Assembly: GCA_900128585.1 (NCBI GenBank)
Contig: LT642213.1
Location: 1-32,784, forward strand
Length of the DNA: 32,784 nucleotides
Direction: 5' to 3'
Origin: Stramenopiles sp. TOSAG23-3
Taxonomy: Eukaryota
Part shown: positions 22,093-32,134 of the stretch, in pieces
Position numbering within the stretch: position 1 is the first letter of the stretch
Layout: every line of letters starts with the position of its first letter
Notes under the pieces: generated by a model
The model's database searches: none
Told to the model about the DNA's origin: nothing
What the model saw: the letters and a program-made list of their open reading frames with translations, nothing else
Translations under genes and position numbers: made by a program

Positions 22093-22711
22093 AGATGATA
22101 TATTATGTACTGCTATTATAATCTCTTCTTCTTCGCTTCTTCTATTTTGTCGATCATCGATCGAGAGAAACTATATATTAATTATTTATTGAATTGAATT
22201 AATATTACTTGGATGATGGTATATCTATATACGCAGTACACAGTACATTGTAAACAGTATTGGAAGAATTGGAACTGCTCTGGGGGGTGGGTTGTTTTAT
22301 ATTAATCAAGAAGAAGAAAGAAAACGAAAGAAAGAAAAAAGAAAACGAAGAAGAAAGAAAGAAAATGAAGAAGAAGGAAGAAGAGAAAGAAGAAGAAGAA
22401 GGAAGAAAAGAAAGATAGATAGATAGAAGAAGAATGATGATAATATGATGATGAAGAAGAAAAAAATATAATAATAAAGAAAGAAATGAAGAGCTTGAAT
22501 TGAAAGTGAAGTTTCTATTTAACATTTGTTCGTTTGTATGTTGATGAATTGTTATATTTGCATCATGTATGTCAGGTTGTGTAAATTCAGGTTGTGTAAA
22601 TTCTTTGCCCGTTTCGTTTTCAGCCTCGTTGTGTTGTTTTTGTCTGCACCGCTTCCCTTCGTTCTCTCTTTGTGTTCTTGCACGGTTTTTCGAAGATAGG
22701 ACCCCGACATC

Positions 22712-23626
22712 ATGTCTCAGAATCACTACGAGGGTACCCTGGAGTGGGACCTTCAAGAGTCTGAGTTTGGCCAGTACGGCGATGGTTCGGCACAGTATAA
22801 TGATCGCCCAATGAATGCGCAAAGGCGAAGCCTTAGTAGCTCGGCGGCCGATCTAGCCCACAAGACATCTGATAGCAGTACAAGTTTACAAGCCGAGGGC
22901 GGGCTGGGCTTTACGTTTGACAAAACGTTGCGCGCCCGGCAGGTCCGAGACAATAGAACGGACGGCCAAATGTGGCTGGCCGAGTTTTGCCAACGTGCGG
23001 GACGGTATGACGATATGCTGAAAATTATGGAAGACGTCATCAATTCCCAAGAACCGGGGCTCCCGCTGTTCAAAGAGCAGCAAAAGTTAGTATTTTTTGC
23101 TTACGAACGGCATATTAGGGAGCAGCGGCGGTCGCTGCACTACGCAGAGGGGGAGCCGGGCGGACGGTTCCAGGGCGTGCTGGCGCACTACATAACTGGG
23201 AAGAAAAGGGAGATTGACGAAAAATGCCAAGCGATCCTGCGCGTGCTCGACGCCTACGTGCTGCCTTTTGCAGTCTCCGACGAAGACCGCGCGTATGTGT
23301 ACAAATTACGAGGCGATTACTCGCGCTACTTGGCCGAAATACACGAGGGTGAGTCCAGGATCAAATGCATGAAAGCGTCTTCTTTCTGCTACCAAAAGGC
23401 GTACCAACTAGTCACGAAGAAGAGCATTTCCCCCGTCAGTGCCCTGTCTCTCGGCGTCATCCTGAATTACAGCATATTCTTGTCGGAGTTTATGAAGGAA
23501 ATGGACAAGTCCCAGGCCATTGTTCGGCAAGCCCTTACTTACACTACAGACAGCGCTGCTCTTGAGGCGGAGGACGACGAGACGATTTACGGGATGATAG
23601 AACTGTTGCGGGAACGGATTGCGTGA
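22712..23626 (+). CDS. Divergent 14-3-3-like protein with ~80 aa N-terminal extension
   Basis: LAE..QRAGRYDDM..M, YKLRGDYSRYLAE, LGVILNYSIF..E and I.LLRE correspond to the 14-3-3 helices. Confidence 0.88.
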   Translation: MSQNHYEGTLEWDLQESEFGQYGDGSAQYNDRPMNAQRRSLSSSAADLAHKTSDSSTSLQAEGGLGFTFDKTLRARQVRDNRTDGQMWLAEFCQRAGRYDDMLKIMEDVINSQEPGLPLFKEQQKLVFFAYERHIREQRRSLHYAEGEPGGRFQGVLAHYITGKKREIDEKCQAILRVLDAYVLPFAVSDEDRAYVYKLRGDYSRYLAEIHEGESRIKCMKASSFCYQKAYQLVTKKSISPVSALSLGVILNYSIFLSEFMKEMDKSQAIVRQALTYTTDSAALEAEDDETIYGMIELLRERIA

Positions 23627-24365
23627 GGCTTGGGGAGGACGCAGCTTGGCGCGCGCGGGGGGGGTAGTGTGGGGAAGATATTACGATGTGCATGCATTGC
23701 CGACAAGTGTCACTCAAATTTAATGGAGAGTGTTTATTTTCTCTTCGTCGTTGCTTGTTTCGGCGGCCAAAAGAAACAAAATTAAATCCGAAGAAAAAGT
23801 ACAAAAAAAGTAAAAGTGATAACAAAAAAAAAGAAATAACAACAAAAAAATCATATTATTATTATTATATCGTAGTATCCTCCACTTCTCCTCCTCCTCC
23901 TCTGTCTTATTATGCAGATACGTAATATATTTTCGATGATGATTATAAACACAGCAGGATGAAAAAAGGGAAGAAGAAAGCACGTTCGTTCGTTCTTCTT
24001 TCATTATTATTCCTTCTTCTTTTTTCTTTCTTCTTCTTCTTTCTATTTTTTTCTTCCTTTTTTTCTTCCTTTTTTTTTGTCTTCCTCTTCTTCTCTCTCC
24101 TCCTGTTCTTCTTCTTCCTTCTTCTTCTTCTTCCATATGATGATATTAATAATATCGTCACCGCCAGAAGAAGCGCATTTTTTTTGTTTTAGTTAGTTAT
24201 AGGAAGTACAAAAGTGCAATGAAGATAAATCATCATAGACAAATAGAAAAGATACCACCGAGTGAAGATCATCCTTGTACATGTGAAAGTGGCGAACAGG
24301 TTTGTATTTTATTCGATACCTTTTGTGCTGTTTTTGTACCACAAACAGTCTTGGAGTTTCTTACG

Positions 24366-25855
24366 ATGCGTGCTTGGTGGTGGGGACGTTTAGTCCTTTG
24401 CTTCGTCTGTCTGTTGGTGGCGAGTGTCCACGGTCAGCCCGCGGTTCCTGGGCTTACCAATGTCATAGAAACTATTTTTTCTGGGAGTTTGGACGACGTC
24501 ACTATCTCTGGTGATGCGGTGCTGGAAAGTGAGGATGAATTAAGCATGAAACTTCTCATCAAAGTTAGAAAAGAAGACGATTTTGGGCTGGACACGACAA
24601 TTAGGATAACGGACGACAAGTGTGACTTCCAGAACATAAAAGCGACCTTCACCGTCGACATTGTTTGGTCCCCGGCGATTCGGAACACGATCAACCAGGT
24701 CTGTCAGTTTGACCAGGGTCATCGAAGAGGAGCGGACGATCAACTTGTTGGAAGGCGACACGCTGAACCCGCAAGTGGTTTCGGAGTTCACCCTGTCCGC
24801 TTCGGACACGACCGTGTCCTCGGCAAAGTCCGTCCTGGACTACGTTGGGGGGGACTTTACGCTGAAAATTGCAAACCCGAAGCTGATGGTCGCGGGGATG
24901 AATTTCTCGATCTTTGTAACGGCGTCCGCGTTCAAGAGCAGCGCTCCAGTTTGCACGAACACGTTGACGAAATCCATCTGTACCTCTGCCAACGAGATCT
25001 CGCTGAGCAACGTCAACCTTGGCAAAGAGATGTCCACGTACATCGCGAACAGCAATAACGGCGTTCCCCCAACGTGGATCAAAGGGGAAGGGACCATAGT
25101 TGTCGGCCGAAACAGTTTATCGTGCATTGCCCGCCCAGGGTCGTTCCGTTTTGACATGTCCGGGAAGAACTTGCCCAACTTCAACAACCCGACCTCTCTC
25201 CGTGAAGCCTTGGCTGCAACGGCGAGCAGGTGCATGCCGGAGGGCTACGACGTCAGCGTAAGCTCGTTTCAAAACCTGACCATCATCCCCGATGGGGCCG
25301 GGGGGTACCAGGTCGCTGGCTTGGCGTACGGCGGTGCGGCCAAGGATCCTGCAGGGGTGATGCAAGCGCTCAGGGAGTGCTTGGCAAAGTCGGCGGATAG
25401 CCTAGACATCAATGGGAAGACCGCCAAAATCAGTGGACTCGAGGACGATCGTAGCGGGTGCACCGTGGTGCGCAACAACAACAATATGTGCAGCACTGGT
25501 GCCCCGCCCTCCTCTGCGATGGAAGGTGGAGACACCGTCGAACTGGGTTGGCGTAACGGTGGCCATTTGCATGATTCTGTTTATCGCCTACCGAAAGTAC
25601 GAGGCGAAGCAGCGGGCCGTCGGGGACTCCCTGAACGGGGCCACCTCGAGAAGGCCCATGTTCACGAACATTTTCGGGGGAGGAAACGGGAGGGTGCAAC
25701 TACAGGATAGTCCCCCAAAGACGATAGCGGGGCTGAACGGGGAGGGCGCGGGCAACATTACGGTCCCCGCAAGTTCTGTCAGCATAGTGCAATCACAGCC
25801 GTCCTGGGAAGAGCTTGCCATCAGGAAGCAGAATGAACGGAATGGGCACGTGTAA
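24366..25855 (+). CDS. Type I single-pass membrane protein of unknown function; two apparent +1 frameshifts (~24716-24718, ~25545-25547)
   Basis: The signal peptide MRAWWWGRLVLCFVCLLVASVHG, the beta-rich Cys-containing ectodomain and the TM helix VGVTVAICMILFIAY + RK lie in three successive overlapping frames. Confidence 0.65.
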
Positions 25856-25933
25856 AGGCGCACGCACGCGCAGAACGCGTTGTTGTGTGATGTGTACGTG
25901 ATTAATTTATTTTTTACCAACCACGATATCTAT

Positions 25934-25967
25934 NNNNNNNNNNNNNNNNNNNNNNNNNNNNNNNNNN
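25934..25967. other. Assembly gap
   Basis: Run of N. Confidence 1.
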
Positions 25968-26161
25968 TAAAACCGTTCAAGAACCCAAACTCCTCCTTGT
26001 TCCAGAATAATACTGGTATTCATCATTCAAACTAACATAAAATTGTAAAAAAAAACTTATATAGTATAAATAACCGCCAGTGGGCATCAACTTTCGTTTG
26101 TTGCGGGGCATAGGAACATTTCCCGTCCGGTCTGCAACAACACCCTTATCTACCTGCAATT

Positions 26162-28444
26162 TTATAATTTTAGATCTGTTTTTGCCACCGGGTTGACCCA
26201 CGAGGTTTTATGGCCATGAGAATCTCTGCTGTTGTTGATGGCAGGAATTTCAATATTGCTAACAGCCGGAGCAGTTACTGGTGGCATGTTGCCCTCGTCG
26301 CACTCTACTTCCTCCATTTTGCAACGGAAACTGCGACACCAAAACTGACCATTGCATCGACAACAGCAATGGCAAAGGCATGGATATTCCTTTGATGGAC
26401 AACAACGTGTACGTTTGCGCAGGAAGAAATAGAAGAGCGCAAACAATGGGTAGATGATGTAGTAAATTACCACAAAATCCGCCTTCGAAAAGAACATTGA
26501 TACCCTTTCTCGGTACCGATCTTCTTGGAGCTGAGGATCTTGATTAGGCCCTAACCTGCCGCACGATATTGTATTATTAAATGGGCAAGGACGCCCAAAT
26601 GAACTAGAGGTCGTACCAAAATCGGGTATCGTATCAAAATCCGCTATCGTACGGCCAGAATTATAGATGTATGGGAGTTGACAAATATTTGGATTATACT
26701 CATCCGAATTTGGGTCCCGTGGTACGTCATACCAATTCCGGCCAATTTCCGTAGGAAGTGAAAGTTCTATCTGTTTTTTCACCTCTGCTATTTTTTTATC
26801 TTCCGCATTTTTTTGAACTCGGTTGATCAATTTCCACATTCCATTGCGTATATAATCTTCAACATCAAATTTATCATTTTCATCAATGTAGTAAGGTCGC
26901 GCCTGGCAATCGGGCTGCCTTAGCATTGCATTTTTACCAATCCAACATTCTACTGTTTCTCCTACTTTGTAAATCGGTACCGATTTTGTTTGTCTAACCG
27001 CACATGCATCCTGTGATTTTGATTTTACAAGTGCTGGAGTAATATCACAGTCCTTTGAGGATTTCGGGTCTATGCGCGATGGAGAAAATTCGAAAATTGC
27101 TTGAAACTTGAGGAGATATCCTCGTACCTCACTACTCGTGTCCCATTTTTCCATGAACGACCTATAGCTAGAGTAAGCTGCTTCCATGCTGCACGTGGAA
27201 TTTGCATCAGAATTGAAGCCTCGAATGTATTCATCGGGAAAAGATTCTCCGAAGACTGTAACGACCCCCGCACTTCCCCAACCGTCCCCGTAGTCAAGAT
27301 CGGTGGTGGCATATTTGTATATATACCTATCAACGCACATTTCTCGATCATAGGAACTCCCCTGGCACTCCCCATACCTATTTTCACCAGTAAACTGCAA
27401 AATTTTTGACTGGCAGAAGGATTTTCGGTAAGTTCCTACGTGCACAACATCAAGCACACGGCAAGTCGCTTTTTTCCACAATTTATTTGCACCAAACCGG
27501 GTTAAATCGATCAGTGGGTTTACTGCCAATAATTGTGACCACATGAGAACATTTCCAACAAAAAAAATATATAAGACTAGAAATGTTAACAGCCCACAAA
27601 ATACACGAAAATAACACAAACGACGTCTTGGTGGATACGCATTGGGGGCGTATTCTTCGCAATGAAAACAACAACACTTTGAACGGGGATATTTTTGCTT
27701 TGGCGTTGGAAGTGCGTCAACGGCAACGTTTTCACTGTCACCCTCAATTTCAACATTTTCACTGTCACCCTCAATTTCATGCAATACGCAAAATATAGTG
27801 ATGTATTCTTCTTTGCTGCTGCAACAGTCTTTAAAGCTCGTTTTGGTGACAGTACCTTCCGGACCACTACTGTCGCAGTAAGACTGTAGACCATAAAAGA
27901 GCCCAAAAGTACCTACAAGAAAACACAAAAGGAAGACATACATGTTCATTAGAGTGTTTAGGCTGCATACAATGCCAATAAATAACATCGACAAAGTCAA
28001 CACATTTACATGTTTGATCTCGATGTATCGCGCTCGTTTTAGTGGTTTTTCTGGGCTGTCATCATTACTGTCCAATCGGTGGTCCGAGATATATTCCCCG
28101 TATTTACAAAATGGAAAACAACAGCATATAACTCTTCTACCCCTACTTTCTTCCGCCGGTCTGACGAAACAACAGTTGCATTTCTCCTTGGGCGGGCAAA
28201 ACGAGCAACAACGATTGGGAAGGGAGCAAAAGCAACATGGTAAGTACTTTTTTAGCTGTGATTTAAACTTCTTTTTTATAATAGACACGCAAAATAGAAG
28301 AACTACCCCTAGAAACACTGGCCAGGGTATCTCCGTGGGCTCTCCTCCTGGTTTGTCGTGGGTGAAGTTTCCTGTCGTGTTAGTAGTAGCGTCGGCTACT
28401 ACGTTGATGAGCAAAGTTATTGTCAATATTCTTAAAGTGGTCAT
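26162..28444 (-). CDS. Multi-pass membrane protein with Cys-rich cytoplasmic segments and a large Cys-containing loop, unknown function
   Basis: 760 aa uninterrupted ORF with a signal-like N-terminus, about 5 TM segments, CCxC clusters and an internal 27 bp duplication (27725-27778). Confidence 0.75.
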   Translation of the reverse strand: MTTLRILTITLLINVVADATTNTTGNFTHDKPGGEPTEIPWPVFLGVVLLFCVSIIKKKFKSQLKKYLPCCFCSLPNRCCSFCPPKEKCNCCFVRPAEESRGRRVICCCFPFCKYGEYISDHRLDSNDDSPEKPLKRARYIEIKHVNVLTLSMLFIGIVCSLNTLMNMYVFLLCFLVGTFGLFYGLQSYCDSSGPEGTVTKTSFKDCCSSKEEYITIFCVLHEIEGDSENVEIEGDSENVAVDALPTPKQKYPRSKCCCFHCEEYAPNAYPPRRRLCYFRVFCGLLTFLVLYIFFVGNVLMWSQLLAVNPLIDLTRFGANKLWKKATCRVLDVVHVGTYRKSFCQSKILQFTGENRYGECQGSSYDREMCVDRYIYKYATTDLDYGDGWGSAGVVTVFGESFPDEYIRGFNSDANSTCSMEAAYSSYRSFMEKWDTSSEVRGYLLKFQAIFEFSPSRIDPKSSKDCDITPALVKSKSQDACAVRQTKSVPIYKVGETVECWIGKNAMLRQPDCQARPYYIDENDKFDVEDYIRNGMWKLINRVQKNAEDKKIAEVKKQIELSLPTEIGRNWYDVPRDPNSDEYNPNICQLPYIYNSGRTIADFDTIPDFGTTSSSFGRPCPFNNTISCGRLGPNQDPQLQEDRYRERVSMFFSKADFVVIYYIIYPLFALFYFFLRKRTRCCPSKEYPCLCHCCCRCNGQFWCRSFRCKMEEVECDEGNMPPVTAPAVSNIEIPAINNSRDSHGHKTSWVNPVAKTDLKL

Positions 28445-28788
28445 CTTGTGTGTTTGGAGTTACGTAGGTGGGTAACAGAACAATATACCTCTTGAAAAGG
28501 AAGGTCATATAAAAATTGAAAGTGTTAAATTATGCAATTTAAATTGGATATATCTTTTTAATTTACGTTCACCCACCGACATTTCATTCGAGGAGAAGGT
28601 CTATAATTATTTGCAAATTATCTCCGCTGCTGCTGCTGCTTTCTATAATATACAATAAATATGATATAAATAATCCTAAATAACTCTGTAAAACCACTAA
28701 TTGGGTTAGATAAAGGGTTAGGTTATATATACAAATTTACCAGTGTCTAGTCAACGTAGACTACGAGGTTTGGTAGTTCTAGTTTTTT

Positions 28789-29187
28789 AGAAGAGAAAGA
28801 AGAGAAGAGAAAGAAGAGAAAGAAGAGAAGAGAAGAGAAAGAAGAGAAGAGAATCTGAAGAGAAGAGAAGAGAAGAGAAGAGAAGAGAAGAGAAGAGAAG
28901 AGAAGAGAAGAGAAAGAAGAGAAGAGAAGAGAAGAGAAGAGAAGAGAAGNNNNNNNNNNNNNNNNNNNNNNNNNNNNNNNNNNNNNNNNNNNNNNNNNNN
29001 NNNNNNNNNNNNNNNNNNNNNNNNNNNNNNNNNNNNNNNNNNNNNNNNNNNNNNNNNNNNNNNNNNNNNNNNNNNNNNAGAGAAGAGAAGGGAAGGGAAG
29101 CCTGAGAGAGAGAAGAGAGAAGAGAAGAGAAGAGAAGAGAAGGGAAGGGAAGAGAAGGGAAGAGAAGAGAAGAGAAGAGAAAGAGAG
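28789..29187. repeat. (GAAGA)n pentanucleotide satellite spanning an assembly gap (N 28950-29078)
   Basis: Direct reading. Confidence 0.95.
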
Positions 29188-29409
29188 ATTTTTATTACAG
29201 TATTATTCCTTTCTTTCTTCATTTTGGAATTAAATTAGGATACCTAATGTATACTTGTATTAATATTTTATTATACATATTTATATAGGTGTTATTATTA
29301 ATAATAATATATAATGCTATTCTTATGTTAAAATTAATACTAGCTACTCCAATTACCCATTATTGAATGTATTTGTTCATTTTAGCACCTTTTTCCCGAT
29401 TTCACTTAT

Positions 29410-29426
29410 TTATAATATCACAGCAT
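29410..29426. promoter_or_regulatory. Recurrent intergenic motif copy (..ATATCACAGCAT)
   Basis: Exact 8-mer core; variant ATGCTATTCTTATGTTA at 29314-29330. Confidence 0.45.
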
Positions 29427-29857
29427 TCAATTCCTTCTTCTGCACTAAAAGGTATATTGTATAGGAATAATAATACTAGTATACCTAATTATGTAGTAAT
29501 AATAATTGGTGGTTGATAAAAAAATTATAAACTAAATTTATTTATTATTTTTGCAGAAACCTACAGAATATTATTTTTTATTTTTTCAATATAATACATT
29601 GAATACCACTGAAATGTCATTCTTTTTTTAAACTTTGTTTTAAATAAAAAAAGAATAATACAAAAAATAACAAAAAAGAACTGTTACCAGCAGTAACAAA
29701 GAAAGAACACAGAAGAAAGCGTCGTTCATTGCCCATGGTCCAAACGAAAGAAAGCGAAAGAGAGCAACGATTCGGAACGTTTCCCATCTCTTGTTCGACA
29801 AAGCGTCCGCTGATTCTCATTATAATATTGGTTCCAGTGATCAATTTCAGTACAACG

Positions 29858-32134
29858 ATGAAAGTGTTTTACTCCGTTGTTGCGTTCCTTCTGGTCGCCC
29901 TGTGCCTGGTCGTCCCAGGCCGCCCGGCGACGGTACCGCCAACCCCTAAGAGCAGTGTAGAGAAGATCCTCTCCGTGCTATTCAAAGACCTTGGGGTCGA
30001 CGTGGACGTATCGACATGCATTTCGGACGTCAGCGGCGCGGAGCTTAAGTTCCGTGACTTTGCGGACGAGGTGTCCTCCGCCAACTACACCATGGCAGTG
30101 GCGTCCTTGGGAGAGGGCCTGGACGCCATGTCCTCTTCCATCGCAGGCTGCGGCGTGCAGCAGGTGCAGCGGAAGCTAGACGCCCTGGCGCTCGCCATCA
30201 AGTGGGCAAAGATCGACACCAAGGGGCTGGACGACACCGTCAAGGTCTTGGTCGGCGCCTCCGACCTCTGGAAGGTGATCAAGAGCGCTGCCAGCGCCGC
30301 CAAGAGCGGGGACAGCGACAACATCGCGAAGGCCATTGGCCAGCTCTTGGACGAGTGGACCCAAGTCACCGGCGGGTGCAAGGACAACAAGGGCTGTCAG
30401 ATGGTCGACGGGATCGTCCGTGTGATCCAGCAGGTCGTCGGGGACATCACCCCGTGCGAGGATGCGCTCAAGCCGGCCGTGGAGAAGTTCGAAGCCGCCG
30501 CCGCCGCCTTCAAAGGCGACGACGCCAAGACCGCCGTGGCCGACATGGCCGACGGCTTGGACACCGTGGCGAAGGCCTTGACGACGGACGCGTGCGGGCT
30601 GAAGACGATCGGCGACATGATCGCGAAGCTCGCCCCGAAGCTCGCGGGGGCGACGATCCAGAAGATAGAAGGGAGCAAGGCGGTGGAAATCATCGTCGGC
30701 TCCGCCGAAGTGTACGACGAAGTCTACTCCGCGATCATGGCCTTGGAGAAGGGCGACGTGTCCGGCTTTGGGATCCAGATCGGGGCCCTCCTGCGCCAGC
30801 TCCGGGCCTCGGACTGCGAGACGAAGGCGTGCATCGTGCTGATCGGGCTGCTCGCGTCCGTGCAGGACGAGACCAAGAGCTTCGACAGCTGCATGAAGGA
30901 CGCGGACAAGGCGTGGGAGGACGTTCAGTACGCCATGTCTCACTTTAGCAACCACCAGCCCGTGACCGGCATCAAGATGCTGGGCGACGCCGTCGTCGTC
31001 ATGGGGAAGTCCGTCAGCGACTGCGACGTTCCAGGGATTGGAAAGATCGCCGAGGACATGTTCACCAAACTCGGCGACGAGACCATCTCGAACGAGATCG
31101 GTGACACCGTCCAGCTTCTTGTGGACGGCGCCGATGTGACACACATATTGAACCGCGCCATCTTGGACTTCAAGGGCGAGAACTGGGCCGGGTTTGGCCA
31201 AGATCTGGGCTCCATGGCCGACTTCTTGACCTCTGCCAAGTGCAATTCGGTAGCGTGCAAAGTCGCCGAAGGCCTGCTGAATGCGGGCGGCATCGCCTTC
31301 AAAGACTTGAAGGCGTGCGAAAAGGACCTGAAGGTTGCCATTGCGGGATTCACCTACGGCGCACAGCAGTTTGCGGACAAGAAGGTCATGAACGGGGTCA
31401 AGAGCTGGGGGGCGGCGTTGAACACTGTGGCGAACTCCGTGTCTGACTGCGGCATCGCGCAAGAGTTCAAATACTTTGAGCAAGAGGCCAACGTCCTGGG
31501 CTACGGAAACGTGAGCAAGGCCATGGGTAACGACATCGCGGTTCTCCTGCACGGGGTGGATTTCTACAAAGAGTTGTACAACGCGGTCAAGGACATCAAG
31601 GACCACGACTACCGCCAAGCCGGGGGAGACCTGCAGCAAGTCATGGACCAATTGTCCCAGTGGACGCAGAAGCACGCGTGCACCAGCGACTTCTGCTACA
31701 TCGTGGTCGGGGCGTTCCAATTCTTGGGCGACATCAAGGGCAGCGTGAAGCAGTGCGAGTCGGACTTCGAGGGGGCCTGGGGTGACTTCAAGGGTGCCGT
31801 CGATGAGTTCGCAGACAGCCACCATTCCATTTTCCACTGGAAGCACAACAAGGACGCCATCCGTGCCGGCGTGAAGAAGATCGGTGACGGCATGCATTTG
31901 GTGGCCAAGGGCGTGTCCGACTGCCACGTGGAAGAGTTCGCCGATTTGCTCGCCAAGCTCGCAATCAAGCTGGGGATCGTTCCAGAAGTAGGGTGGATCG
32001 AAGAAATCTTGCACATTTTGATCGACGGGGTAAAGATTGAAAACGAAATCGGCGATGCGTGCGACGATTACGGGAACAAGAACTGGGTAGGGTTCGGCTA
32101 CAACGTCGTCAGGCTCGTGAAAACCTTGCTTTAG
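29858..32134 (+). CDS. Secreted protein with five ~140-150 aa alpha-helical Cys-linked repeats, uncharacterised
   Basis: Signal peptide MKVFYSVVAFLLVALCLVVPG. Repeats are delimited by C-x4/5-C linkers (CKDNKGC, CETKAC, CNSVAC, CTSDFC). Very strong G/C third-position bias. Confidence 0.85.
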   Translation: MKVFYSVVAFLLVALCLVVPGRPATVPPTPKSSVEKILSVLFKDLGVDVDVSTCISDVSGAELKFRDFADEVSSANYTMAVASLGEGLDAMSSSIAGCGVQQVQRKLDALALAIKWAKIDTKGLDDTVKVLVGASDLWKVIKSAASAAKSGDSDNIAKAIGQLLDEWTQVTGGCKDNKGCQMVDGIVRVIQQVVGDITPCEDALKPAVEKFEAAAAAFKGDDAKTAVADMADGLDTVAKALTTDACGLKTIGDMIAKLAPKLAGATIQKIEGSKAVEIIVGSAEVYDEVYSAIMALEKGDVSGFGIQIGALLRQLRASDCETKACIVLIGLLASVQDETKSFDSCMKDADKAWEDVQYAMSHFSNHQPVTGIKMLGDAVVVMGKSVSDCDVPGIGKIAEDMFTKLGDETISNEIGDTVQLLVDGADVTHILNRAILDFKGENWAGFGQDLGSMADFLTSAKCNSVACKVAEGLLNAGGIAFKDLKACEKDLKVAIAGFTYGAQQFADKKVMNGVKSWGAALNTVANSVSDCGIAQEFKYFEQEANVLGYGNVSKAMGNDIAVLLHGVDFYKELYNAVKDIKDHDYRQAGGDLQQVMDQLSQWTQKHACTSDFCYIVVGAFQFLGDIKGSVKQCESDFEGAWGDFKGAVDEFADSHHSIFHWKHNKDAIRAGVKKIGDGMHLVAKGVSDCHVEEFADLLAKLAIKLGIVPEVGWIEEILHILIDGVKIENEIGDACDDYGNKNWVGFGYNVVRLVKTLL

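Noticed and set aside
24668-24698. 31 nt GT..AG micro-intron that could fix the first frameshift of the 24366 gene
   Set aside because: GC-rich with a poor donor (GTCCCC), and the sequence reads well as coding. Not excluded without RNA-seq.
28702-28725. Telomere-like GGGTTAG words (also near 15069 and 32262)
   Set aside because: Isolated, degenerate and not tandem.
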